Below, in pieces: positions 38,116 through 50,504 of a stretch of DNA of 64,000 bases (position 1 is the first letter of the stretch; the number at the start of each line of letters is the position of its first letter). Below the pieces are notes generated by a model that was not told where the DNA came from, did no database searches, and saw only the letters and a list, made by a program, of their open reading frames with translations. Position numbers and translations under genes: made by a program. Source of the stretch: Octopus vulgaris (taxonomy: Eukaryota); NCBI GenBank assembly GCA_951406725.2, contig OX597816.1:77004001-77068000 (forward strand). Reading direction: 5' to 3'.

Positions 38116-38857
38116 CCTCGAAAATACCATAAATCATTGGAAAGAAATCTGTGAAAAGGAAGAAAGAAATTCTCTCCCATGCTGGGAAAAAAGCAACGAT
38201 TTCTTCCAAAGATATGAGTCAATTTTCAAAAATGAATTGGGTACAGATAATCCCTTTCTAAAGAAAATAACAAGAAATAAAAAAGAAAAACCGAACAACA
38301 CACAAACCAGCCCCAACTATCCTCCATACACTAGAAACAGAAATCACCCACAACCAACATTTTCGAACCACACAAGACTTAACAGGGAACAAACTGACAG
38401 ACAACGCATTTATGAAATAGATTACACCAAGAACAGAACACGCCAACAACATCCTAATACCAGACCTAACCACCATATAACAGCACAAAATAACACTAGA
38501 ATAAGAAACACACCATACACAAGTCGCTACTACCCCATGAACCAAAATTACTGGTCCCCACTGAACACAAGACAAACGCAAAAAAACACTAAGTCAAGCA
38601 ACATCCCACATACAAGCAATTCGAAACAAAAATATATCACATACAGAAATTTTACACACACCACAAACGAAAACAACCATAGATTCCCACACACACACAA
38701 CAATCGGAGGCAACAATACCACCGTTCCCCCGAACCACTATCACACAACCTCACAGACAACTCATACAAACAAAATTACACCCAACATTTTTTAGCCCGG
38801 GACCAGAGACACCAGGACACAGGCTGGAACCTAGTAATAAGGAAAAACCGAAGATAA
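38116..38857 (+). CDS. PLE upstream ORF (ORF1-like), C-terminal part; its N-terminal part is on the minus strand at 37721-38115
   Basis: Stop-free frame LENTINHWKEICEKEER..HFLARDQ..KNRR* that continues the minus-strand ORF across an 86-bp duplicated overlap. Confidence 0.65.
38788..38835 (+). promoter_or_regulatory. Candidate -1 ribosomal frameshift signal (T TTT TTA)
   Basis: The heptamer is in the correct phase with ORF1 (CAT TTT TTA), and the -1 frame leads into the PLE N-terminal IINL..SKGLKF motif. Confidence 0.6.
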
Positions 38858-41242
38858 TCAACCTTTAAACCAAACCTCTCTCTAACATAAAAATTGACAT
38901 CCACTCAAAAGGGCTCAAATTTACGCCAACCCCACGCAGAGCCAACCAAAATGAAATCAAGGATAATATAACAGAATTCTGCAGAAAATTAAGACTAGCA
39001 GAAGCATCAACCAGTTTCAATACTGAAGATGAATCACTAGTCAAGAACAAAAGTGAACACATACCCCACAGAGGAAGAAATAAAGATCTTGACGAGTTCT
39101 GCAGCCACATTGAGAACTTTCCCTACCATACTATACATACACAGATTTTAGCACTGCACAATGGAAGGAACTGATAGAACTTCAAAATGATGAAAATATA
39201 ACCATTAAGGAAGCAGACAAAGGAAGTGCAGTTGTAATAATGGATACATTATACTATAGAAATCTTGTAATTTCCTTGCTTGATGACAATCAACATTATG
39301 AAAACATCACCAACTGCACCCCGCAAAAAATAATGAAAACTCTGTCTTCACTAATTAAAACCCATGAAAAGGAACTAACAACCAAAGAGATTGACTTTCT
39401 AACAAACTTTAAATGCAAGCCTAGCCTCTTCTATGGTCTGCCAAAAATACATAAAAGCCAAATTATAAATGAAACCATTAAAAAATCACCAAAGACATAC
39501 ATACACACACCTAACCCGGGGGACCTAAAACTACGACCCATTGTAGCTGGCCCAACCTGTGAAACACACAGATTAAGTCTATTTATGGACATCCTCCTGA
39601 AACCCTACCTTAAACATATCGATAGTCATATCAGAAATGACTTGGATATGTTAAACCACCTTCCAAAAAAAGTCAAGGAAGAAACAATCATGGTTTCATT
39701 TAATGTAGTTAATTTATATACCAGTATACCTCATAATTATGGATTAGAAGCAATACAGTTCTGGCTGGACCAATTTCCGGAAGAAATACCAAAAAGGATC
39801 AGTAAAGAATTCATTACTAAATCGGTTGAATTCATCCTACATAATAACCACTTCATGTTTGACAATACATTTTACCGTCAAAAATCTGGAATTGCTATGG
39901 GTACAAGGGCAGCACCAGTCATTGCGAACCTAACAATGGGCTACCTGGAAATAATCGTATACCAGGAATCTTTATCAATCTTTGGAAACCCCATCTCTCA
40001 ATACAAAAAAAGAGAATTGGAAAAGATTCCTGGACAATTGTTTTATACTCTGGAATGAAAACACAGATAAACTCCTAAAATTCAAAAACCTATTGAACAG
40101 CATCAACCCAAATATACAGTTCACGATGGAATGCAACCAAAAGGAACTCCCATTCTTAGATATACTAATTAAAAAAATTAACCTTAAAATAGAAACAGAC
40201 ATTTTTTACAAAGCCACAGACGCTAAACAATACCTACTTTTTGATTCATGCCACCCAAGACACACTAAAACAAACATCCCTTTCAACCTTGCAAGAAGAA
40301 TATGCACAATAGTGTCAGAACAAAATACCAGGAACTTTAGACTACAAGAACTCAAAAACACCCCAATTGACAGACACTACCCAGCTCAACTCATAGAGGA
40401 TGGGATCAGACGTGCAACAGAAATCGACATAGAAACTTTGAGAAAAGTTCAACACAACAACACACCTTCCCCGAAAATACTGCCTTACATATCCACATAC
40501 AACCCCAGGAACAAAGAAGCCTTCACCATCATCACCCAGAAGTTACCAATACTTCATAAGGACCCCAAATTAAAGGAAATTCTAAACATACATAAAATCA
40601 TTAAAAGCTACAAACAACCTAAATCACTTAAAAAGATTCTCACAAAGGCAAAATTGTTTTCTGAAACTACGGATGCAAAAGTAAAAAAATGTGGTAGACC
40701 AAACTGCGCAACATGCCCAAACCTTCTAGAAGGATCAGAATTCCTTTTCAAAGAGGGACAAAAATTCAAGATCAAATCTAATTTTACTTGTGCTTCTGAA
40801 AACATATTTATGTCATAAGGTGCTCGGGCTGCCACCAAAACTACGTGGGGTCCACGGGACTATCACTCAGACGTAGATACACTCTGCATCGACAACAGAT
40901 TGCATTCCCAGAATACAGAATGATACCCTTTAGTGAGCATATTGAGAAATGCGCAAAGCAACTACTACCACAATTTTTAATCTTTCCATTCTATCAATGT
41001 GCTATTGGGACACCAACACAAATTAGATTAAACAAGGAAACATTCTTCATTGAAAAATATAAACCCAAACTTAACCACTCTAACATTCTTATACAGAGAA
41101 ACTCACCCCATTAAATAAAGGGAAAAGAAATATAAAGCGATTATCTCCCTTATACCGGAAGAAATCGCTTATTACCTCCCCCTACCTGGAACTCCTCTTT
41201 GCACTTCATAACGAAGACATAACACGATGTAGGTAAAGACAC

Positions 41243-41286
41243 TTGAGAAATTTGAAAAGTTAACACGAAACCGGTAATTTCTTCAA
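41243..41286 (+). ncRNA. Minimal hammerhead ribozyme, U3-A8 core variant, at the PLE 3' end
   Basis: Stem I gagaaat/atttctt; core TTGAAAA; stem II gt/ac; GAAA-ccgg-TA. Confidence 0.7.
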
Positions 41287-41399
41287 AAACTATGTTACTG
41301 TATGAAAAAATTTTATAACATTCTTCCAACATAATGACTCAAATATATTCTTTAACCTTATAAAACAAGCCTTCTGTAGTTTTTTAACTGTTTACTATT

Positions 41400-41735
<336 letters not shown>

Positions 41736-41751
41736 TGTATATATAAGTGTA

Positions 41752-42265
41752 CTTCTTATGGGAGAGAGACTTCAATCTGCCCAATGTCGGTTGACCTGAG
41801 GGCCTTTATCTCCCATGAATGGCGCGATGCGAACAAGGACATGTGAAGTCCCTCCTGAACCTCATCAGCCCTTTGTACATGGAACAAATAGTACTCCATC
41901 CAACCAGGGCAGGTAACATACTGGATCTCCGTTTCACAAATAATATGGAGCTCATCCATAATGTGAAAGTGACACCGACGCTACTCTCGGATCACGATAT
42001 GGTAGAGCTGATCATGCAGCCAACACGAAACTCTCAAAATCTTTCCAGCTTGAACTTCCATAAGTTGAACAGGACAAAAAAATGAGAAAGAGATTCTCAA
42101 ACAAAGCTGGCCTAAATGTCTCTCCTCACCGGACATCAACATGAAACGTCAACAATTCATGCCTGTAATGCAAGCCATATGCTACAATTGCTCTGGAGAG
42201 AAAGGCCACTGTACACAAGAACAAAATCTCCAGGGGGTCGAAAATTCTTATGAGACGGCGTACTC
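41752..42265 (+). mobile_element. CR1/L2-group LINE APE fragment
   Basis: DFNLPNVG.P and HPTRAGNILDLRFTNN..LSDHD; homologous to 31100-31620. Confidence 0.8.
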
Positions 42266-42410
42266 TTGTGGGTTCGAGGTCGTTGAGTAAACAGAAGAGA
42301 CAGAAACAGGCAGAAACAAGGAAAATGTCACTTGTATTTGAACACTATGCAAATATTCTTTTAAAAAACGTTTCTTTTAATTTGTCCAAAATTTAATTGT
42401 TTTCCATACT

Positions 42411-42450
42411 TACAGTTGAAAAAGTCTCAATGACTGAAACCGGTACTGAA
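42411..42450 (+). ncRNA. Minimal hammerhead ribozyme, U3-A8 core variant (solo PLE end)
   Basis: cag-TTGAAAA-agtc/tcaat/gact-GAAA-ccgg-TA-ctg. Confidence 0.7.
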
Positions 42451-42504
42451 ATGTTTTTTGTAAAATCATTTTAGCACTTTCTACCTTGACTTTTCCCATA
42501 TATA

Positions 42505-42864
42505 CAGTGAGGGGAAATAAATATTCGTACAGGTCAAAATTCTTTATTTATTTAATTTCTAATTTAAGTGTTTTGACACTTAAAAATGACAACTGATAAG
42601 ATTATTGGAACAAACGAGAAAGTTCTAGTAAAAAAATTATTTTAACAGTATTTTGTGGCATAGAAAATCATAAATTTATTCTGTACGAATACTTTTTTCA
42701 CCCCAAAATATTTATAATTGTATATAAATTCATTAGTTACTATAATTTATTAGTTCCTTTTGCATATGCAAGAATATATAGTATTGGTATATCCTATTTA
42801 TGTTGATTAGAAATTAAATAAATAAAGAATTTTGACATGTACGAATATTTATTTCATCCTACTG
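42505..42864. mobile_element. Tc1-type MITE with ~60-bp TIRs and TA TSD
   Basis: ta|cagtgaggggaaataaatattcgtacaggtcaaaattctttatttatttaatttctaat versus its reverse complement ending ..tcctactg|ta. An inner repeat copy lies at 42681-42705. Confidence 0.8.
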
Positions 42865-42912
42865 TATATATATATAGAGAGAGAGAGAGGGGGGAGACAG
42901 ACAGACAGACAG

Positions 42913-43077
42913 ATGCAGGCATAGCTATGTGGTACGAAGTTTGCTTCCCAAACGCATGGTTCGTTGTTCAGTCCCACTGCGTGACACCTTCGGCTACTAT
43001 AGCCTCAGGCCAACCAAATCCGTGCGAGTTGGTTTGGCAGGTAGAAACTAAAAGAAGGCCGTTGTTTATATATGGCT

Positions 43078-43144
<67 letters not shown>

Positions 43145-43395
43145 TGTGCGCGCGCGCGTGTGTTCGTGTGTATGTGTTTGTTTGTGCCTCTGTTTGCTTC
43201 CCCCATCACCGCCTGATAAACAGTGTTGGTATGTTTACGTCCACTTAAATTATCGATTCGGCAAAAGAGGCCGATTGAACAAATACCAGGCTCAAAGCAA
43301 AATAGGTACTTGGGTTGATTCGTGGAACTAAAATGCTTCAACGTGGTGCCCCAGCATGGACGCAGTCTAATGGCTAAAACAAGTAAACGATAAAA
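42913..43395 (+). mobile_element. SINE family B, full-length diverged copy
   Basis: gcaggcatagctatgtggta..cagtcccactgcgtg..(GT)n..cagcatggacgcagtc..aacaagtaaa. Confidence 0.8.
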
Positions 43396-43632
43396 TACAT
43401 ATAGATAGAGAGAGGTGAGAAGAGCGTGGAAAATGCATATATATGGTATATACGTGTTTGTGTGAATATGTATTTACGCTAGTAATAGGCATAAATAAAT
43501 ATGATTTTATCCCATGATTGATTATTCTCGGTCATCATTTTGTGATTATGTATATACAACTAAAAATGTGTCTGTTATTGTACTCTAATATTTTGCCTTT
43601 AAGTTGGCCTTTGGCAAAAGATACGAATCTTT

Positions 43633-43728
<96 letters not shown>
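43633..43728. repeat. (CAT)n(TAT)n compound trinucleotide repeat
   Basis: Seen directly; the same structure occurs at 45873-45993. Confidence 0.97.
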
Positions 43729-44879
43729 GTAATTAGTAGTGGTATTAGTGTATGTATTTAAACAAAAAGAAACTGAAACTTAAAATGCATATTTCTGAAT
43801 CTCTCAAGCTAAAATATATGAATCCATTTTTCTAAACCAAAATACAGAATTAATATATCCCTACAAGGAATATTTTGTTACATTTTATTCTGTTGTTCTG
43901 TTAACTGTAGTGAGCTCATGCTAATCAGTTTAGGAATTTGAATTGTAAATCTGAGAATCAAAAGATAAAAGCGTTGGCTGTAATATTCCCTGCTTTCTGC
44001 ATACACTTGCATAATAGAAATAACATATAATACTGTCTTCAGCAAACAACAATTGACAAATTCTTTCACTTTAAAAATAATGTTCTTATAAATTATTCTG
44101 AGTAAAGTCGTTTTACCTCCAGTAGCTTTTATCTCATAAACTGACTTCATTGTAGCTATTGTTAGAACAACAATGTAGTCATATCTTTTATAAAATAGCT
44201 TTCTTCGGGAGATCTTCCGGCTAAAACCAATAATGATGCCTCGTGGATGTATAATGGTAATAGGAAAGAAAAAACATCCCTCGAAGACAATGTACCAAAT
44301 ATTAAGACTTGGTTTGAAAGTAAATGAGTACGTCTTGAAATATTTACTTGTATGTAAGAAATGTCGTTTTAGAATCTTGACCAATAACAATGATTATGTC
44401 TTCGAAAGGGTAATCATTGTGGTTTTCTAAAGGAAAATAATTACGCCGTTATCATAAAATGGTTGTCTTTATTAGGAAAGGTCTCTATTAGAACGAGGAC
44501 ACCGTTTAAAGTAGTCAACCCAAATAAACTGCCAATAAAACGCGCCTTTATAGGGTCATTAAACTCTGCGTGTTTCTCATTCAAGTCATATGACTACTTT
44601 ATAACTAATCAGAGGACAAATGTATCGTTTGATTTTCTTTCATTTGTGGTTTTGTTTTGTTACTGTAGTTTGTTTCATCTCGTGCATCGTCTCTTCGTAA
44701 TATTACCATTTGTAACAAGGCCAAAATGTGGTACAAACAAGTAAGAAAAATTCTGGCAATTTTCCACAATACATTTTAACGGAATTTGTTTTCGTTAAAT
44801 AACATTTTTCACTCCTGTCATCTTATTTCCTATTCTAAGTCGTGGTTCTGCTTTTGAATCTGTTCTCTTTCACATGATC

Positions 44880-45200
44880 CGTTCATTTTGTTTCTTTACG
44901 TCCTGAGTTCAAATTTCACCGAGGACGACCTTGCCTTTCATCCTTTCAGGCTCAATGAAATAAGTACCAGTTGAACACTGGGGTCGATGTAATAGACTTA
45001 CTCTCTCCGGCGAAATAGCTAGCCTCGAGACAAAATTAAACCATTATTATTATTATCATTATCCCGCCGCTACGTTCTGACTTCAAATTCCGCCGAGGTC
45101 GACTTTGCTTTTCATCCTTTCGAGGTCGATAAATTAAGTACCAGTTGTGTACTGGTGCCGATCTAATCGACTGGAGCTCTTCCCAAAAATTTCAGACTTA
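44880..45200 (+). mobile_element. Two tandem SINE family A copies
   Basis: Family A core occurs twice, separated by (TAT)n. Confidence 0.8.
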
Positions 45201-45309
45201 TATATTGGTAGGCCATTAAAATAAACACACCAGATTGTTCATGTGATAGAAAAAAAAAGAAAAAGACAGGTAAGAAGGGAAAAAGTGAAAATATTATTAT
45301 TAATATTCC

Positions 45310-45872
45310 TATTATTATTGGTGACTTGCCTCAGGTTCGTTCTTATTCCTGGTAGAATCTACATGGGTTTCAGGTTACTACCTGTAACGTTAGATATCCA
45401 CAAACTTTCAATAATCTTTTAAGTGCTTAAGACACTCCTGATAATCTTTCTTGTCCCTAAAAAGCAAACTTTCTGCAAAAGCTCGACAGGACATTCTACT
45501 CCAATCTCCTACAACCATTTCTCTGTATTTTTACTTACAGATCCCAATGCATCAATTATTATAAGCACACCCTTTACAGGTTTCATATTCCAAATTCTCG
45601 GAATTTCAAATTTTAAAGAGTTGTATTTTTCTTTCTGATGTTTTTCATCCTCTTTCGTTACAATCCTGGAGTCAAACGGACATGATGGATCAATTAGTAA
45701 GCAACTTTGCTTTCCTTGTCTATTATTGTTATGTCTAGTCTATTATATTCTAGCTTCTTATCCATCTAAATAGGAAATCCCACAGAATCTTGCATTTCTC
45801 CTACTCTTTCGACCCAATCGTCATACCATGTACCTCCAACTTCAAATCCCCATTTCTGACAAAGCTTCCATG
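45310..45872 (-). mobile_element. R4/Dong-like LINE 3' end (RLE endonuclease), second family, in (TAA)n
   Basis: KWGFEVGGTWY..DITIIDKE..LLIDPSCPFD..KEDEK..KY..LKFEI.RIW..ALGSV..LQKVCFLGTRKIIRSVL. A smaller copy is at 49100-49280. Confidence 0.75.
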
Positions 45873-45896
45873 TTATCATCATCATCATCATCATCA

Positions 45897-45966
<70 letters not shown>

Positions 45967-46487
45967 CATTATTATTATTATTATTATCATTATTAAGGCG
46001 GCAAGGAAGTCAATATCTGCCGAGGTCGACTTTGCCTTCCAACCCTTTCGGGATCGATAAAATAAGTACCAGTTAAGCACTGGAGTCAATACACACGACC
46101 AGCCTTCTGCCTATAGCAGGAAGTATTATCATTATCATTGGTGATGATTATGGTAATGGTGGTGATCCGCGTTGTCGTCGTCGTCGTCGTCATCGTCATT
46201 GTCGCCGTTGTCGTCGTGGTATGCATCAGTTTTGAAGCTATTAACATGACTACCATAAATACCAAATGTTAAATGTTAAACAAAACACCCGTATTAAAAT
46301 AACTTTCATTCAACATTTAAGTTTTCACTGGTGGTTCTGGTGGTGACAGTAAATTGGATGTCAGCAGCGGAGGTGTTTATGGATTGGCGGTTGCGGTACC
46401 GTGGCTATGGTGGTGATAGTACAGTGCTATGGAGATGCTGTGCTTGTGGTGTTATTGACAGTGATGTGATGAGGTGTGGACATAAAT

Positions 46488-46815
46488 CTTTTTATCTTTT
46501 ATCTTTCACTTGTTTTAGTTATTAGACTGTGGCCATGCTGTGGCACCACCTTGAATGATTTAGTCGAACGAATCGACCTCAGTACCTTCTTACTTAAGTC
46601 TGCTACTCATTCGATCGGTCTCGTTTTGCCGAACCGCTAAGTTATGCAGTAGTTAGCAAACCAATATCGATTGTCAAGCGGTGATGGGTGACGAACACAA
46701 AGATACATACACACACACATACACACACATACACGCGCACATACATATATATTTGTATTCGTGTGTGTGTGTGTAGATAAAGCTACGTGATGGGGTTCTT
46801 TCAGTTTCCGTCTGA
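46488..46815 (-). mobile_element. SINE family B-related copy
   Basis: Reverse complement of the family B tail and of gacggaaactgaaagaa. Confidence 0.75.
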
Positions 46816-47098
46816 CAGTTTGCAATTTGCTTATGTTTTAATGCATATTGTAATGTACTGAGGTGGGTGCTAGTGGTGTAAGTAATGGTAGTTGTAGAAG
46901 TGGTAATCGCAGATCTATATTCAAACCCTCCGTGGAGCGCCTAAAACAAATATCTTTCTAACTAACTCTTAGTTCCTCCATTCTTTCAAAGTGAAACTTT
47001 ATTTATTCAGAAATTCTCTGCAGAAATCTGTCTATCTATGAATGCATGCATATATCAATATACTCTGTGTGTATATGTGTATATGTGTGTGCGTGCGC

Positions 47099-47140
<42 letters not shown>

Positions 47141-47157
47141 GTGTATGTATATCTCTA

Positions 47158-47188
<31 letters not shown>

Positions 47189-47324
47189 TATACATACATA
47201 CATACATACATACATACATACATACATACATACATACATACATACATACATACACATGTAAGCACATAAATGCAAAACAGGGTGGAAAAAATAGTACTCG
47301 AATACCTAAGATAAAGTAATATAA

Positions 47325-47445
47325 TTTTATTAAAGCTGAAAATTTTTCATAAAACTGGTATTCAGGGTTTCACTTCCCTGTCCGACGAACGGGAACGTGA
47401 AACTCTGAGTAATAGTTTTGTGATAACTTTGCAGCTTTAATAAAA
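47325..47445. repeat. ~55-bp-arm palindrome of PLE terminal sequence containing a C4-variant hammerhead (47378-47415, +)
   Basis: ctgt-CCGACGA-acg/ggaa/cgt-GAAA-ctctgag-TA-atag; arms ttttattaaagctg..gtttcac and gtgaaac..cagctttaataaaa. Confidence 0.7.
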
Positions 47446-47477
<32 letters not shown>

Positions 47478-47494
47478 ATATGTACAGACAGACG

Positions 47495-47571
<77 letters not shown>

Positions 47572-47584
47572 GTAGGCAGGTAGG

Positions 47585-47650
<66 letters not shown>

Positions 47651-48247
47651 CATACATACATACATACATACATACATACATACATACACACGCGCACACT
47701 ACATATCTGTTGGTGAAAATGTATATCAATGCAGAGACAGACACGTACACAAAAAATGCACACCCACAGCCATATGTGCATTTATGCAAACAGTCGACTA
47801 TACACATTTACTTGTATATAAACAATGACATTTGTGCACCAACACTACCTTCATAGTCTGTCTTTCACACACACCGACAGCCATACACTTAGAGCTATAA
47901 GAACATACGATGCACACAAACATACATACATACATATATAATCATTACTTTCTGTTCTACTAATGAAATGTAGCAATAGACGAGAAATTCGTAAATGGTA
48001 TTTGGATCGTAGTTTTACCAGTGCTGAAATCACTTGAACCATTATAATTTATCACCAAATACGACGAAGTATTTGCCGAAAGCCTAAGAAGCTACGCTTA
48101 TCTATTAAACACGTAAGTTTTGGAACTTATTTTCTGTTAGTTATTTCGCATTTTAATTGTAATGTAATCTATTTGAGTACATTTTAAAAAGAATAATGGT
48201 AATAATTATTATTGTTGTTGTTATTATTGTTGCTGTTGTTGTTATTT

Positions 48248-48678
48248 AAGGTGGTGAGCCGAAATGCTTTGCAGAACTTCGTCATGTCTGCACGTTCTGA
48301 GGTCAAATTCCACCGAGTCGACTTTGCCTTTTATCTTTTCAGGGTCGATAAATTAAGTACCTGTTAAGTACTGGGGTCGATGTAATCGACTAGTTCCTTC
48401 CCCAAAAATTTCAGGCCATGTGCCTTTAACAGAAAAGATTTTTATTACTTTGCTTCTTGTTATTTAAGGCGGCGAGCTGGCAGAATCGTTGGCACGCCGG
48501 CCGAAAGGCTATGCGGTTCTTCGTCCGTCTGCCAGTTCTGAGTTCAAATTCCGCCGAGGTCGACTTTGCCTTTCATCCTTTCGGGGCCGATAAATTAAGT
48601 GCCAGTTGAACACTGGGGTCGATGTAACCAACTCATCCCCTCCCTCAAAATGGCAGCCCTTGTGGCAAAATTTGAAAC

Positions 48679-48711
<33 letters not shown>

Positions 48712-49090
48712 CATCGTTGGCAGGAAGCAGCATTTCGTTCGTCTTCACGCTTCGAGTTCAAATTCCACCGAGGTCAACTTTGCCTTTCATCCTTTCGAGG
48801 TCGATAAATTAAGTACCAGTTGCGTACTGGAGTAGATCTAATCGACTGGCTCCCTCCTCCCAAATTGTCAGGCCTTGTGCCTAGAGTAGAAAAGGTTATT
48901 ACTATTATTAAGGCAACGCGTTGGCAGGATCCTTAGCGCGGCAGGCAAATTGCTTTGCAACGTTTCGTTCGTCTTTACGTTCTGAGATCAAATTCCGCCG
49001 AGGTCAACTTTGCTTTTCATCCTTTCAGGGTCGGTAAAATAAATACCAGTTGAACATGTGGGTTGATGTAATTGACTTACACCCTCCCTT
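48248..49090 (+). mobile_element. Head-to-tail array of four SINE family A copies separated by (TAT)n-like spacers
   Basis: Copies start at about 48248, 48465, 48717 and 48910. Confidence 0.88.
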
Positions 49091-49301
49091 AGAATTCTCC
49101 TGATAATTCTTCTCTCCATAAGAGACAAACTTTCTCTAGGAGCTCTACCAAGCATTCTATTCCACTTTGCTTCAGTTATCTGTGTATATCTTTACTTACT
49201 ATTCCCAACGCACCAATTATTATAGGTATGACCATTACTGCCCCAAAGTCTTCCTATTTCAAATTTTAAAGGATTGTATTATTTTGTTTTGTTTTTCTTC
49301 C

Positions 49302-49339
<38 letters not shown>

Positions 49340-49341
<2 letters not shown>

Positions 49342-49800
49342 GAGTGAGAGAACAGCGCATGCCATCAAAGTGACACTTGGGTAAAATATACGAAGCCCAA
49401 TATACCCGTCATGACTACCCGTCTGATAAGGGTACAACGGTACATGGATCATAACCATATGTGAGCGACATGGTGATCTTATATCAAGATAAACAGCGCA
49501 TGATCTTGCAGGTGGAGCCCAATTAAAATTTTCTTCAGGTCGAGCAGCCCATCCCGTTCAAAAGGGTTGCTTAAGAGTGTTGAACGAAGCACCCATGTTT
49601 CCAGAGGTAAATTATTCAAACCCCAAATGATTCCTCTCAACACATGGCTATGATGTTCCCTCACTACTTCTGCTCGTGATCAGAGGTGCACATATCATCA
49701 GCCACTAAATGACATGCCCAACTGGTTACGATCAAGCAACTAACAAGCAAATCCTTAGGAGTGAGCAGCATTTTTGCAATAGCACATCTTTTTTACCAAG
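49340..49800 (-). mobile_element. Interspersed repeat family E (SINE-like, TAA tail); second partial copy at 50283-50470
   Basis: gagtgagagaacag..catgactacccgtctgataagggtaca is present twice, both next to (TAT)n. Confidence 0.65.
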
Positions 49801-49812
49801 ACAAAACATGTA

Positions 49813-50200
49813 CCTCTGGGTGAAAAGTCTGGCTGCATCCGAAAAAATATATATTATGAAACAAAAATAAACACAAAATTTATTACACGAATCTGTTACC
49901 ACCACGACAGTCAACTATTTGACGCCGAACGCAAGTTTGATGTTGAATACATCCACGAATTTTCCGCTCAGATAGCTCTTCCCAAGACTGCAAGACGGCT
50001 TCGTACAATTCATGCCTCGTTGTAAGGATTTTCAGTTCAACTTTATCGGCCAAAACTTTGAAAATGCCTTCATCTAATGGTTTCCACGTGTAAGCATGTG
50101 TTGAATAGAACTCACTGAATAAATCTTAATTAACTGTGTTGTCAATTGTATGCACCTGACATATGCTAACGTGTATGCAGCCAGACTTTTCATACAGAGG
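49813..50200. mobile_element. MITE with ~26-bp TIRs
   Basis: cctctgggtgaaaagtctggctgcat and atgcagccagacttttcatacagagg. Confidence 0.65.
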
Positions 50201-50504
50201 ATACATGATAACACTTCCAATCAGTTATGACTAGAAGTCATGAGAGCCAGTGCTTGGTACTGCATCATAGCATATTATTATTATTGAGTGAGAGAACAGA
50301 GCATGCCATAAATATGATCTTGGAGTAAAGTAGACGAAGTCCAGTATACCCATCATGACTACCCGTCTGATAAGGGTACACCAGGCACATGTATTACAAC
50401 CATATATGTGCGACATAGTAATCACATATCAAGAAAATCAGCGTATGACCTTGCAGGTGGGGTCCAGTTACAATTTTATTATTATTAATATTATTGTTGT
50501 TGTT

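Noticed and set aside
39240-40818. Active or domesticated RT gene
   Set aside because: The frame is broken by frameshifts and two catalytic Asp residues read Asn (SFNV, FLDN).
43518-43736. Poly-His/poly-Tyr ORF (also 45790-45996)
   Set aside because: A (CAT)n(TAT)n microsatellite with no coding context.
48248-49090. CRISPR-like repeat-spacer array
   Set aside because: The units are ~200-bp diverged SINEs with microsatellite spacers in eukaryotic DNA, and there are no cas genes.
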